DNA of 64,000 nt from Enterobacter phage vB_ExiM_F4M1E: sequence record OL744216.1. One strand, written 5' to 3'. Both the position numbers and the translations under genes were made by a program. Below, piece after piece: positions 44,597-53,953 of the stretch. Below the pieces are notes generated by a model. The model saw only the letters and a list, made by a program, of their open reading frames with translations, did not search any database and was not told the DNA's origin. Position 1 is the first letter of the stretch, and each line of letters begins with the position of its first letter.

Positions 44597-45103
44597 TTAA
44601 AACGCATCACCAAAGTCCTCTTCTTCCTTGACGGGGCGCTTGAACTTAAAGTCCGGCCCCATGTACTCACTCAGGTAGTCGATATTAAGCGACCAATCCT
44701 GCTGGCTGCGCTGCCGCCATGTGGCGAACTCACTTTTCAGGTAGGCAATGGCCTGATCACGAGTGATCCCATTCACCTTCATGAATTGCTTGATCGCCCT
44801 TTCCAGTTTTCCGTTCTTCTCAGCAAGACCGGGGTGGTGGAACTCATGGCACGGCGGACACAGGCTCATGAGGCCGACCAGTTTAACCTCTCCGTTTTCG
44901 AATGTCCAGCTTTCATGACACTCAACGGGATGTTTTCTTCCGTTGCCGCCCTGACCGCCGCAGATCTGGCACTTATAGTTATGCTCTGCATAGCATTTGC
45001 GGCGAACTTTATCCCACCCGGCTTGAGTCAGGTAGGAGCGAAGGTTGTTATCCCAAGCGGTCTGTGGGATGAGACAAATTTTATGCTTGATCTGCAAAGT
45101 CAC
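44597..45103 (-). CDS. HNH endonuclease
   Basis: CQICGGQ...HPVECHESW...CPPCHEFHH. Confidence 0.65.
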   Translation of the reverse strand: MTLQIKHKICLIPQTAWDNNLRSYLTQAGWDKVRRKCYAEHNYKCQICGGQGGNGRKHPVECHESWTFENGEVKLVGLMSLCPPCHEFHHPGLAEKNGKLERAIKQFMKVNGITRDQAIAYLKSEFATWRQRSQQDWSLNIDYLSEYMGPDFKFKRPVKEEEDFGDAF

Positions 45104-45638
45104 CTCTCACTCGGTCATAACCGCCGCAACGGTCAATAAGGGCGTCAGTCGCCCGGTCCCAAGCCTTACCCAGTAGGTTAAGGCCCAGCCAATTCTGCTC
45201 TTCGTGAATCATCGGGTGGAACTCATCCATGCCGATACCCCAGATCTTGTCTCGTGGAGAAGCCTCTACAAAATTTCGACCCTTCAGCCTGTGAATGATA
45301 GCAGCGCCCCGCAGATCCAGATCGAACACAAGACGGCAGTAACACACGTTCTCAACGATCTGCTCCCGGGATTTCTCCCACAATTCGTTGTTGAAGCCCT
45401 TCACTTTACGACCAAGCATCTTGGCATCCTGCGGACGGAAAGCCTCGGTGATTTGCCGGGCGATGTCGATGTCGCCGAACAACATTGCCTTCTCGTACAT
45501 CATCATGTGCTCCCCGGTGTAGAACTTCACACCCTCTTGCTCATGACGAGGAAGGGCGAAGGCCCTGTCGTTTCGATAATGATTACTGAACATGTCCTTC
45601 CAAGAATAGAAGAACACGTGCTTGTCTGTCACTTTCAT
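45081..45638 (-). CDS. NADAR (YbiA-like) domain protein
   Basis: FFYSW...FSN...TGEHMMMYEKAMLFGD...AKMLGRKV...WGIGM; start at internal Met MKVTDKH, ATGA-coupled to the upstream membrane ORF. Confidence 0.7.
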   Translation of the reverse strand: MKVTDKHVFFYSWKDMFSNHYRNDRAFALPRHEQEGVKFYTGEHMMMYEKAMLFGDIDIARQITEAFRPQDAKMLGRKVKGFNNELWEKSREQIVENVCYCRLVFDLDLRGAAIIHRLKGRNFVEASPRDKIWGIGMDEFHPMIHEEQNWLGLNLLGKAWDRATDALIDRCGGYDRVRGDFADQA

Positions 45639-45835
45639 GATAGCACACTCCATACCAGCGCCCCAAACGCCATTAAAAGCAGAACGGCTATCAAAGTTAA
45701 TGCCAAAGTAAAACCGACGACATCTCGGGCATACAGACCGAAGTCTTGGAATACCGGAATCATCACTGCCGGGATAATACAGGCCGCAACAATGATGAAC
45801 AGGACGTAAATCCCGCCAAAAATCAAAGTCTTCAT
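45635..45835 (-). CDS. small membrane protein (~66 aa)
   Basis: MKTLIFGGIYVLFIIVAACIIPAV...; track ORF 45635..45910. Confidence 0.45.
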   Translation of the reverse strand: MKTLIFGGIYVLFIIVAACIIPAVMIPVFQDFGLYARDVVGFTLALTLIAVLLLMAFGALVWSVLS

Positions 45836-46170
45836 AGTCCATCTCCAAAAATAAGTGACGCCGGGCAACTGATCCGGCAATCCTCTGTTAAAGGGAACTC
45901 TTGGAGGCACTGTGCCAACAGGATGCTTGAGTTGTTGCTATACTGCCCGGCGTTGATGTGAATATAAGAGATCTTCCACGGAAACAGGGGACTGTTCACG
46001 ATATGAGTCTCTACGATATCCATCAATTGACCGAACGTGATCAGCCGCTCACCTTTTGACGGAAGATAAAGGCCAAACCGCAGGCCAGCCGGGCCAGTCG
46101 GTTCCATCTTACGGAACCCTACCGCTTTTGACATATCTACAGCAAAAACTTCAATGGTTACAGTTTCCAT
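45832..46170 (-). CDS. hypothetical protein (112 aa)
   Basis: ORF. Confidence 0.45.
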   Translation of the reverse strand: METVTIEVFAVDMSKAVGFRKMEPTGPAGLRFGLYLPSKGERLITFGQLMDIVETHIVNSPLFPWKISYIHINAGQYSNNSSILLAQCLQEFPLTEDCRISCPASLIFGDGL

Positions 46171-46535
46171 CAGTAGAGATCCTCGCTAAAAAGTTCGTCA
46201 TTCGGGCCAGTCTTCTTACGAACAGTATTCAACTGCCCGGCATGTTTTGCGATGATGACTGCCTCTTCTCGGGTGTGGTACTCACCCCATTGGTCGATGA
46301 ACCCTTGGTCATCCCCCGTCACGTGGTCGCTGACCACTTTATCACGGAGTTGGTCCAAGACCAAGGCCATGTCCTTCGAATAGTGACGGGACCCTGGGAT
46401 TACCAACACGCCACCATCTTTCAACTGAAAACGGTTTGCAGCGCACACGATGCGACGTTGCAGCTTACGACCGTCCCACCAATCCGCGATCTTATAACAT
46501 ACCTCCGGCAGGTCGTCTTTAACAGTTTGTTCCAT
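46170..46535 (-). CDS. hypothetical protein (121 aa)
   Basis: ORF. Confidence 0.5.
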   Translation of the reverse strand: MEQTVKDDLPEVCYKIADWWDGRKLQRRIVCAANRFQLKDGGVLVIPGSRHYSKDMALVLDQLRDKVVSDHVTGDDQGFIDQWGEYHTREEAVIIAKHAGQLNTVRKKTGPNDELFSEDLY

Positions 46536-46750
46536 CAGTTCCTCCAGTATACGTTTTTGTCTTTTTTGATCATGCGGCTTACTTCTTGTGCAGATAGTCG
46601 GTCATAACTTGCACCATCTTCCCGGTAGGCACCGCACGGAACCCAGTCCGGGGTGGAGAAGCTGTAGTGCTGATAGAAGATCGTTCCTTTACAAATCTCC
46701 ATTTCCAGCCACGGGAGGTGGGCAGACCTGATTTTGAAATATGTCATCAT
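46535..46750 (-). CDS. hypothetical protein (~71 aa)
   Basis: internal start MMTYFKIRS of track ORF 46535..46894. Confidence 0.4.
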   Translation of the reverse strand: MMTYFKIRSAHLPWLEMEICKGTIFYQHYSFSTPDWVPCGAYREDGASYDRLSAQEVSRMIKKDKNVYWRN

Positions 46751-46754
46751 CACC

Positions 46755-46964
46755 TCAGTGTTTAACGTATTTGGAGGGGCAGGAACCGCCGCCCTCGTGA
46801 GTGATTGCCACCGTGGTGCGCCCGTTGCTGTAGATGCACACCTTATCGCTGCCGTCGGTATAGTAATCTTCCAAGTCAAGCGTCTGCGCCGCATGGGCCG
46901 CTGAGAAGTTTACCAAGCCTGTGATCAGGCATCCGAGTGCAAAACCTAAGATTAGTTCTTTCAT
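46755..46964 (-). CDS. small secreted/lipo- Cys protein (69 aa)
   Basis: signal peptide MKELILGFALGCLITGLVNFSAAHA; EGGGSC motif shared with the ORF at 16982. Confidence 0.45.
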   Translation of the reverse strand: MKELILGFALGCLITGLVNFSAAHAAQTLDLEDYYTDGSDKVCIYSNGRTTVAITHEGGGSCPSKYVKH

Positions 46965-47164
46965 TACATTTCCTCCATCATTTCCTGTAAGCGTTGACGA
47001 AGGATCTCTTCGCCGGGGATTGGTCCATCTTTCAAAAACTGCCGGGCCTCTGGGAACTCAGTCTCCGGTAAAGATCCGAGAATCTGCTTCAGGAAACAGA
47101 GAGCCTGCATACGATGCCCATCGAACTGGAGGGCAAGGTCCCGCCATTTCATGTCTGTCGTCAT
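46964..47164 (-). CDS. hypothetical protein (66 aa)
   Basis: ORF. Confidence 0.45.
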   Translation of the reverse strand: MTTDMKWRDLALQFDGHRMQALCFLKQILGSLPETEFPEARQFLKDGPIPGEEILRQRLQEMMEEM

Positions 47165-47661
47165 TTCTCATTACCCTCTTTTGCTATATCGTTTATCATT
47201 TTCGTGATGGTCTCATCCCCGTTTAGTCGAAGAATGTCCGCTGCCCAATGCATTGCATTAAGATGGAGTTGTACCATACCCAAACGCCATTTTCCGTAAT
47301 ATTCCGCCAGGGACGGTTGATTACGACTCATCTCTTCCAACTCACCATAGAGATGGTACGCATGTTTTTCGAACTTTGCAACCAGCTTTACAATGTTTTC
47401 GTACTTCGGCGGGAACGGGTTGTATTCGAACATCCGGTCCAGAACAACCATCTCACGAATAATCTCACGGACGGTGCCGATCGGATTGGGGTATTTGGCC
47501 CCTTCCCAGTTGAACTTGTACAGCGCCTCACAGACTTCCTTACAGCGTTTCTCCTTCTTTTCTTGGCTTTTTGGTGCCTGGAAGTAGAGTTCCGCCGGAG
47601 GATACACTGACACATTGTTGATCCACTTCTCCAAGCAGTTCAGGTATTGGCTGTTCGACAT
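47161..47661 (-). CDS. hypothetical protein (166 aa)
   Basis: ORF. Confidence 0.5.
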   Translation of the reverse strand: MSNSQYLNCLEKWINNVSVYPPAELYFQAPKSQEKKEKRCKEVCEALYKFNWEGAKYPNPIGTVREIIREMVVLDRMFEYNPFPPKYENIVKLVAKFEKHAYHLYGELEEMSRNQPSLAEYYGKWRLGMVQLHLNAMHWAADILRLNGDETITKMINDIAKEGNEK

Positions 47662-47732
47662 GATATTTCCTCTTTCTTTGTTTGATGTGAGTAGTATACA
47701 TGATGGTCGGCAGGAGTCAATAGGCAGATAAA

Positions 47733-47758
47733 GAAAAACCGCCCCGAAGGGCGGTTCT
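47733..47758 (-). terminator. rho-independent terminator
   Basis: gaaaaa then accgccccgaagggcggt. Confidence 0.55.
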
Positions 47759-47759
47759 T

Positions 47760-48041
47760 TTAGTATTGATCTTCAGCGTAGCGGCGCTGATTTTCTGTGT
47801 TATCCGCGTCCTTTAGCGTAAAGTTGTACTGCTCGCTACGGACTGGGGCCGGGCGCGGTGTCGGGTCCAGATGGGCCAGCTTAACACCCGGCGGAATTTC
47901 GTTGATGGTGAACGTGGTGTTGACCAGTTGTCCTGCCAGTTCATCCATACGCATGGAGACAAAAGCGGCGACGGAACGGCCCTCACGGTCAGCCAGGAAA
48001 CGCAGTTTTTCGAAGGTTGCATCGTTGAAGTTAATGTTCAT
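47760..48041 (-). CDS. hypothetical protein (93 aa)
   Basis: ORF. Confidence 0.45.
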   Translation of the reverse strand: MNINFNDATFEKLRFLADREGRSVAAFVSMRMDELAGQLVNTTFTINEIPPGVKLAHLDPTPRPAPVRSEQYNFTLKDADNTENQRRYAEDQY

Positions 48042-48113
48042 ATTGTAAATCTCCTTTCTGAATTATATTTGGGTTAACCGCCCCCGGAGGGGCGGGCACT
48101 GCATAGCGGAGTA

Positions 48114-48431
48114 TTACTCGCCGTCTTCTTCAGAAGCTCGGCCCATCAGGATGTCCAGTTCGTTCAGTTGTTCAATCTGGCCTTCCAGCGCCGCACGTTT
48201 CTTCTCGGCGGCGTCCTGCTTGTCGTACTCGCCGTTGATCAGGGTACGCAGGAATTTAGGATCGATGTTCAGGTCTTCTTTGGTGATTGCCAGGATGCTT
48301 TTCAGATCTTCGGCGGCGTCCTTCTGCTTACGAATCGCATCAACACCTTCCTGAACGATGTTTGCCAGGCGCTTGCGTACAGCCGGGTCAGAAGGCAGGG
48401 TGGTCAGTAGTTCAACTTTTAATTTAGCCAT
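48114..48431 (-). CDS. hypothetical coiled-coil protein (105 aa)
   Basis: ORF. Confidence 0.5.
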   Translation of the reverse strand: MAKLKVELLTTLPSDPAVRKRLANIVQEGVDAIRKQKDAAEDLKSILAITKEDLNIDPKFLRTLINGEYDKQDAAEKKRAALEGQIEQLNELDILMGRASEEDGE

Positions 48432-48499
48432 GTGTATTACTCCTCTTCAGTGAATGTGTGAGCATTATGCCCGTTATAACTCAATGTGTCAACAAAAAC

Positions 48500-48835
48500 T
48501 TAAACTTTTTTCAGAACTACCACAACTTCAGGTACTTCTCTGCTCAGTTCTTTGATGTAGATGTTATCCACACGAAGAATGCCGCAGCTAACAGATACCT
48601 TACGCTCACCACCTGCGTGGGCAGAAATACTCAGTACGCCAGTATTACCTACACCGATTTTCTGAAGAAAATCACTGGTCACCTGGAGGTGAAGCTCATG
48701 ATGGTCTTCAGAGACACGTACATATTTTTTATCTGCCGCAGAACCCATCACCCGGTGCCCGTCAAAAACGACACTCGTTTTTGCAGGATCATAAGCAATA
48801 CTTGCAAGACTACGGGCTGTGATTTTAGTTTCCAT
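48500..48835 (-). CDS. hypothetical protein (111 aa)
   Basis: ORF. Confidence 0.5.
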   Translation of the reverse strand: METKITARSLASIAYDPAKTSVVFDGHRVMGSAADKKYVRVSEDHHELHLQVTSDFLQKIGVGNTGVLSISAHAGGERKVSVSCGILRVDNIYIKELSREVPEVVVVLKKV

Positions 48836-48843
48836 TACCTCTC

Positions 48844-49020
48844 CTATCGGACGAACATTCGCCCTTGTTCAAAATAACCATTCTTAATGCCCCGAGGAGC
48901 AGAAAGAGACTTTACCGCAGTAGCGCCGCAATTGCAAGGGGCAGTTTCGCGCTCTGCAATCTTCCGATTCTTGTCAAACACTGCCCCGCACTCGGGGCAT
49001 TTGTAAGAATACGTCGGCAT
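48844..49020 (-). CDS. FmdB-family zinc-ribbon protein (58 aa)
   Basis: manual translation MPTYSYKCPECGAVFDKNRK...CNCG; not in the track (<60 aa); TAATG overlap with the upstream gene. Confidence 0.5.
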   Translation of the reverse strand: MPTYSYKCPECGAVFDKNRKIAERETAPCNCGATAVKSLSAPRGIKNGYFEQGRMFVR

Positions 49021-49421
49021 TACTTATCTGTCTCCAGGATCTTACGTTCGGTCGCCAGATCGCGGTTCTCTGCCAGTTCGTTATCGAACTTGCTCGGGTA
49101 GCGCGCCTTCAGCTTACGGATCACACGGTCCTGCTCTGCATCGAAGTCGGTTTCGAGTGCATCCATCGCCAGTGCCAGATACCACAGCAGGTCGCCCATT
49201 TCCTCTTTCAGGTTGGTGGTATCCAGCGGCTTGCCGTAGAACAGAGACTTCTTCAGGGCATCCTGAAACTCTGCCGCTTCTGTCACCAGTCCCATAGATG
49301 CATGAATCAGGCGCGGGCCAACCGCATCCAGATAAAAGTTATGGGACTCGGTACGAATGGCATCTTTAATAAACTGCGACATCAACTTCTCCTTTTCTGT
49401 TTCAGTGGGGCCATTATACAT
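49020..49421 (-). CDS. MazG-like nucleoside triphosphate pyrophosphohydrolase
   Basis: EEMGDLLWYL (EExxD/E motif). Confidence 0.65.
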   Translation of the reverse strand: MYNGPTETEKEKLMSQFIKDAIRTESHNFYLDAVGPRLIHASMGLVTEAAEFQDALKKSLFYGKPLDTTNLKEEMGDLLWYLALAMDALETDFDAEQDRVIRKLKARYPSKFDNELAENRDLATERKILETDK

Positions 49422-49436
49422 GACCCCGGCACACTG

Positions 49437-49877
49437 TCAACGACTTTCGTAAAACTTTTTGGCTTGCTCACGACGTTTTTTGTCACGAGCCTCCTTCTCG
49501 ATCCGATTGGCCTCGTTCCATTTGCGCCAACGTTCACGTTGAACGGCATGGGCAACCTTGTAGACACGATTTTTCTCGTGCTGGTTCATCCAATCCAAAT
49601 CGCCTTCTACAATGGCACATTCATGGAAACTATCCCAGTACAAGAAAGTCTTAGCCAAACGCTCGGTATCCAAGATAACATACTCTGCTAACTGGCAGCG
49701 CTTACGGTCGTCAGACGACAAATTGTCGTAGACGTCCAAGATCTTCTTCTCTCTGATCAAATCCATAATCAGTGTCACCGGGGGCCGGGTGGCCCGCCGT
49801 GGAGTGATATACTTATCCCATGCCCATACCAAGACCAGAAGAATAAACAAACCTGTGCAGACCCATAACCCCGTCAT
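49437..49877 (-). CDS. membrane-anchored protein (146 aa)
   Basis: N-terminal TM helix MTGLWVCTGLFILLVLVWAW. Confidence 0.45.
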   Translation of the reverse strand: MTGLWVCTGLFILLVLVWAWDKYITPRRATRPPVTLIMDLIREKKILDVYDNLSSDDRKRCQLAEYVILDTERLAKTFLYWDSFHECAIVEGDLDWMNQHEKNRVYKVAHAVQRERWRKWNEANRIEKEARDKKRREQAKKFYESR

Positions 49878-51241
49878 TCCAGATCCTCCGCAATTGCCCG
49901 CAGCAGATCCAGCAGGGAGTCAGACGCTTCGATCACTTCCTCCAGACTGTTCGCCTTAGTCTTGTCCATGCGGATCTCAACGAATTTGTAGTTGAGTCGC
50001 GGCAGGAACAGAGACTGAAGCTCTTTGGTCTCTGACTTGGTGATGTCGTTAGCCTTGATCGTAATGATCTGACCGATGAAGTATTCCGATGGCTTCTTGC
50101 GAAGCGCATCGGTAAGGCCGGAGCCAACGCCAACTTCCAGCAGTCCGTCACGAGTACGACAGATCAGTGCGCCGACGAGGCTCGGATCTTTCTTGTGCGG
50201 CGTTGTAGCCACGACTTCCAGATCAACATCGAACTCGTTCTTCAACTTGACGCCTTTCTTCGTCTTGTTGTCTCCCCACGGCATCTTCGCCTCTTTGAGG
50301 ACGGTGCCCTCTTTCTTCTGGAGACGCATCTCGATGAAGTGGTCGATCGCTTCCTTCAGGCTATTGATCTTACGCCCCGTAACCATACGGAAATTATAAG
50401 GCAGATCAACATCGCGGACGAGTAGGTCGGCATCAATTCGACGATCGGCGTAGTCGGTCTTGGACTTACGATCGATATACTCTTCCATCGTCACGATGTC
50501 CCAGATCACCAAGCGTACACGATCACGATCGATGTCTTCAGGGTCTTGGTTAAGGTAACCGTTGCCTTCTGCACGTTCCATAACCCCATGCAGGCCATTT
50601 TCGTCAATAACCAAGCCTTCACCGTGCGCCACAAAAGCACCACGGCTTTCTGCCGCCTGCATGAGGCGTTGCTCAACATCCTCCGGAGCACGGAAGTTCA
50701 GTTCCTTCCCGGAGCGGGAACGGTAGATCACTTGCTCAGGCCACACCATGATGTCCGCATACAGACCGTCCATCTTCTCGTCGGAGAAAGCGCCCTTGTA
50801 GTTGAACTTACGCAGCAGATCTTCTTTGAACAGGGTGTAACTCTGATACGGCGGCTCCGTGATCAGATCTTTCCACACCTTGTTGGTCAGAGTCGTCTGA
50901 ATGCCGCACTCCAGATCTCGGTTGATGATCTTCAGCAGGGTGCTAGGCTCTTCGCAGGTTTGCACCAGTTGTTCCATGTACGACTTGGCATCGTCGCCCG
51001 TATAAACTCGCCCAGCGATGTTCTTCACCAGCAGATCCACGCTTTCCGCCAGCGGAGTCAGTCCATTAGTGAAGAACGGAACCCTCAATCCACGGACGAA
51101 GAAATTCAGTTCTTTGGAGTAAGCGACCCGGAAGGCTTGTTTAAGGCCCTCATTATCGGCATTGGCTCGCAGGATCGCTTCCTTCTCCTTCAGGGATCGG
51201 GTTGCAGACAACTCTGCGAGAATACTCGTTACGTTTGACAT
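49874..51241 (-). CDS. lig: ATP-dependent DNA ligase
   Basis: KMDG adenylation motif I (EKMDGLYADIMVW). Confidence 0.75.
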   Translation of the reverse strand: MSNVTSILAELSATRSLKEKEAILRANADNEGLKQAFRVAYSKELNFFVRGLRVPFFTNGLTPLAESVDLLVKNIAGRVYTGDDAKSYMEQLVQTCEEPSTLLKIINRDLECGIQTTLTNKVWKDLITEPPYQSYTLFKEDLLRKFNYKGAFSDEKMDGLYADIMVWPEQVIYRSRSGKELNFRAPEDVEQRLMQAAESRGAFVAHGEGLVIDENGLHGVMERAEGNGYLNQDPEDIDRDRVRLVIWDIVTMEEYIDRKSKTDYADRRIDADLLVRDVDLPYNFRMVTGRKINSLKEAIDHFIEMRLQKKEGTVLKEAKMPWGDNKTKKGVKLKNEFDVDLEVVATTPHKKDPSLVGALICRTRDGLLEVGVGSGLTDALRKKPSEYFIGQIITIKANDITKSETKELQSLFLPRLNYKFVEIRMDKTKANSLEEVIEASDSLLDLLRAIAEDLE

Positions 51242-51327
51242 TTGGTCTCCTCATTAACGCCACAATTGTAAGCCCGGCGAGAATAGCGCCGCCGAGAATT
51301 AAGAATACCGCAATAAACCGGATCGCG

Positions 51328-51753
51328 TCAAGCATTATCTGGTGACCAGAGCAATACCGACTCTTCTACCTCAAAGTCGTAATCATCAACCTGACCGGAC
51401 TCACGATCGATATGCGTGTGATAACTGCACGTCCAGCGATAAACACCAGGGTCCATGTCATCCACATCTGGAGGGAGTCCGAGATATTCCGCCTCCGGAC
51501 CATTGTCCAGAAGAGCAGGGTGAATGTTCGGTGTTTCCAGAACAGTTACACGTCCTGCATAATCGACAGCCACAATCCACACACTCCCGTTAGGAGAGTC
51601 GTAATCAGGCTCATCTTCGTCATCAAACGGCTGGATCTCTTCCTCCCGAGGGAAGTCTTTCAACTTTTCACGGAGAGCTTCCTCAATTTTTGGCTGCTCA
51701 AGGCATCGTCCGATTCCTGCATCCAGCCACATCTCCGATAAACTCTTAGCCAC
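51328..51753 (-). CDS. hypothetical acidic protein (141 aa)
   Basis: ORF. Confidence 0.5.
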   Translation of the reverse strand: MAKSLSEMWLDAGIGRCLEQPKIEEALREKLKDFPREEEIQPFDDEDEPDYDSPNGSVWIVAVDYAGRVTVLETPNIHPALLDNGPEAEYLGLPPDVDDMDPGVYRWTCSYHTHIDRESGQVDDYDFEVEESVLLWSPDNA

Positions 51754-51970
51754 GCTTACCTCCGAGGTAAAGTATGTTGATCTCGTGCTTCAGGAGCGCG
51801 ATCTCATTCTCCAGGATGCTATCGAGAGCCTCCAAATGCTTCACCGTACCTTTCGGTGGGTGAAGACCATCTTTACGGAACATTGCCAAGGTTCTCAGTG
51901 TACCTTGGATTGCATCACGACGTAGCTGCCGCTTCAGGATTGCTTTGTCCAGTTTGTTCTTTCTGCTCAC
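51746..51970 (-). CDS. hypothetical protein (74 aa)
   Basis: ORF. Confidence 0.45.
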   Translation of the reverse strand: MSRKNKLDKAILKRQLRRDAIQGTLRTLAMFRKDGLHPPKGTVKHLEALDSILENEIALLKHEINILYLGGKRG

Positions 51971-52229
51971 GAACCCACCCCTTTGATTTCATATACGCCT
52001 CTGCCGAGGGCCAGTTGTTATCGACGACAGCCTTTAACCAATCATGGTCAAGACCGTCATGGACGTGTTCTGAGTACAGGTCGTTAATTGTCTCCAAGTG
52101 ATCCTCTTGACCTTGGTCAACGAGATAATCACGGAGCGCCGTCACCCGGCGACCCAGCTTGCACGATTCGCAATCACACATCAACTTCCTCCACGACGCG
52201 AAGTCTTTGAGCCAGAACCCAAGTTCCAC
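51915..52229 (-). CDS. hypothetical protein (104 aa)
   Basis: ORF. Confidence 0.45.
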   Translation of the reverse strand: MELGFWLKDFASWRKLMCDCESCKLGRRVTALRDYLVDQGQEDHLETINDLYSEHVHDGLDHDWLKAVVDNNWPSAEAYMKSKGWVREQKEQTGQSNPEAAATS

Positions 52230-52593
52230 CTTGTGACTCTGGTCTCTGGAATGTTCTGATCCCCTGAACCCTCACCTTGAACCACTTCCGAGTTTCCCCA
52301 GACTTCAGGTCGGTTTTCAGATGTGGGGCAACAGGGGCCAGTGTACAGTGCCAGCCGGGCCGCAGGGCGAATCCCTTTGTCGGGTGGGACTCTGCCTCCA
52401 TCCACTGCCCCGGCACCACTACGAGCTTCCTGTTGATAAACAGAGGCCCTATCGTACCATCTTTCCGCACACGGAACAACTTGTATGCGGTTATTTCAAG
52501 ACATATCTCAGCCATCAATATGCTCCAGAACCAGCAGGTGTTTACACCGCTTGTTGTTTGCCCAGACCAGAAGCGCCATGTCCATCCATGCAA
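52174..52593 (-). CDS. hypothetical protein (139 aa)
   Basis: ORF. Confidence 0.45.
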   Translation of the reverse strand: MHGWTWRFWSGQTTSGVNTCWFWSILMAEICLEITAYKLFRVRKDGTIGPLFINRKLVVVPGQWMEAESHPTKGFALRPGWHCTLAPVAPHLKTDLKSGETRKWFKVRVQGIRTFQRPESQGGTWVLAQRLRVVEEVDV

Positions 52594-52870
52594 CCTGATC
52601 CGGGTCTCCGGTCACGGTTAAGTGCATGTTGTCACAGTTCTGCCTTACTTTCGTCACAGTGAAGTCAATATTGGCCCGGTTCATCCTTTCCTCAAGATAC
52701 TCCAACTGGTCGTTCAGATCAATACTCCATTTGTAAAATCGCGGTTTTTCTTGTGCCCGGTAGATCTCTTCCATGCGATCAACCACGCCATCCGCAAAAC
52801 TCAGTGTCATTCTACCCCCTTCATTCCAGCCCGGCACTCTGGGCAATACCAAACCCCTAAGCCAGGACAT
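52508..52870 (-). CDS. hypothetical protein (120 aa)
   Basis: ORF. Confidence 0.45.
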   Translation of the reverse strand: MSWLRGLVLPRVPGWNEGGRMTLSFADGVVDRMEEIYRAQEKPRFYKWSIDLNDQLEYLEERMNRANIDFTVTKVRQNCDNMHLTVTGDPDQVAWMDMALLVWANNKRCKHLLVLEHIDG

Positions 52871-53148
52871 TCCGAATCTTCCACATAATTATCGGGTTTG
52901 TCCAATACAGTCACTGATTGACCGATCACCGCACCCGGTATTTTGTAGAAACAGATATGCGGTCCGACACCATAGTGAGGGTATGACCCATCAGCACAGT
53001 TACCACACATCGCGTTTCTTACCACGAGGATGCAGATCCATATCCACAGCCAAGAACGGATTCTTACGCGCCCAGCGCTCTTCTTTGGTCTCCAGCCCAT
53101 AGTTAAGATAGGACAACAACCAACGGCCCAGCACAACAGCCAACACAA
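52807..53148 (-). CDS. hypothetical Cys-rich protein (113 aa)
   Basis: ORF. Confidence 0.4.
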   Translation of the reverse strand: MCWLLCWAVGCCPILTMGWRPKKSAGRVRIRSWLWIWICILVVRNAMCGNCADGSYPHYGVGPHICFYKIPGAVIGQSVTVLDKPDNYVEDSECPGLGVWYCPECRAGMKGVE

Positions 53149-53242
53149 TGATCACCACGAAGGCTACCAAGTCCAACTCTCGTTGATTCAGGCCGAATGC
53201 CACGATATCGTTCACACATTGTTTCATGATTTTCTCCCGCAC
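53000..53242 (-). CDS. small membrane protein (80 aa)
   Basis: TM helix. Confidence 0.4.
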   Translation of the reverse strand: MREKIMKQCVNDIVAFGLNQRELDLVAFVVIIVLAVVLGRWLLSYLNYGLETKEERWARKNPFLAVDMDLHPRGKKRDVW

Positions 53243-53324
53243 AATGATTTAATGAAGACTGTCAAGAGACAGACCGCTGTCAGGTAGACACCAACACATA
53301 GCATGATTTTCATAAATTCCATCA

Positions 53325-53606
53325 TCAGATCATCTCCATCGTAATCAGTACATTGTCGAGGTCATCAGCAGTAAGCTGGAGTTCAGACTTCATACTATCT
53401 TCCACACGATGATAAATCAACCCCTTTTCCACATATTTAATCATCACATCATAATATTTTCCCAACAGGGTGTCCCATCCACATTCGTAAACAGACACCA
53501 TGCAGACTTTCAGGCCAGCTTTTGCTGAGTGCCATGCCTCACGCACAGCTTCCAGATGGGCTAATTCCAGTTCATCAATTTTATTGCGTTGCTTATTACT
53601 TAACAT
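53325..53606 (-). CDS. hypothetical protein (93 aa)
   Basis: first gene of the minus-strand block, next to an AT-rich divergent promoter region. Confidence 0.5.
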   Translation of the reverse strand: MLSNKQRNKIDELELAHLEAVREAWHSAKAGLKVCMVSVYECGWDTLLGKYYDVMIKYVEKGLIYHRVEDSMKSELQLTADDLDNVLITMEMI

Positions 53607-53953
53607 TCTATAACCCTCATACGGTTGTCTCGTTTCGATGTGTGCATTCTATGATCCAATGATCCTCTTGTCAATACTTTAAATTTAAAATTTTTCATGT
53701 AAGATCTATATAAAGATCCTAAAGATCAATAGAAATCTTCTATTGTTTTCTTGTTTTTAATAATTATTATGAATGAATATGAATAATAATTATAAGATCA
53801 ATAATTTATGAGTGAAACGAATAAATTATAAGATTAATAAAACCGTAGCCCGGAGGGCGAGCGTAGCGAGGTTTTATTTATATTATTGTCTTGTGTGCCT
53901 TTTGAGGAACATACCCCCTGTTGACATCTCGGTGGGTATGTGGAACACTGGAA

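Noticed and set aside
51153-51335. 60-aa minus ORF overlapping the ligase N-terminus by 89 nt
   Set aside because: Substantial out-of-frame overlap with the motif-supported ligase start. Kept out of the feature list.
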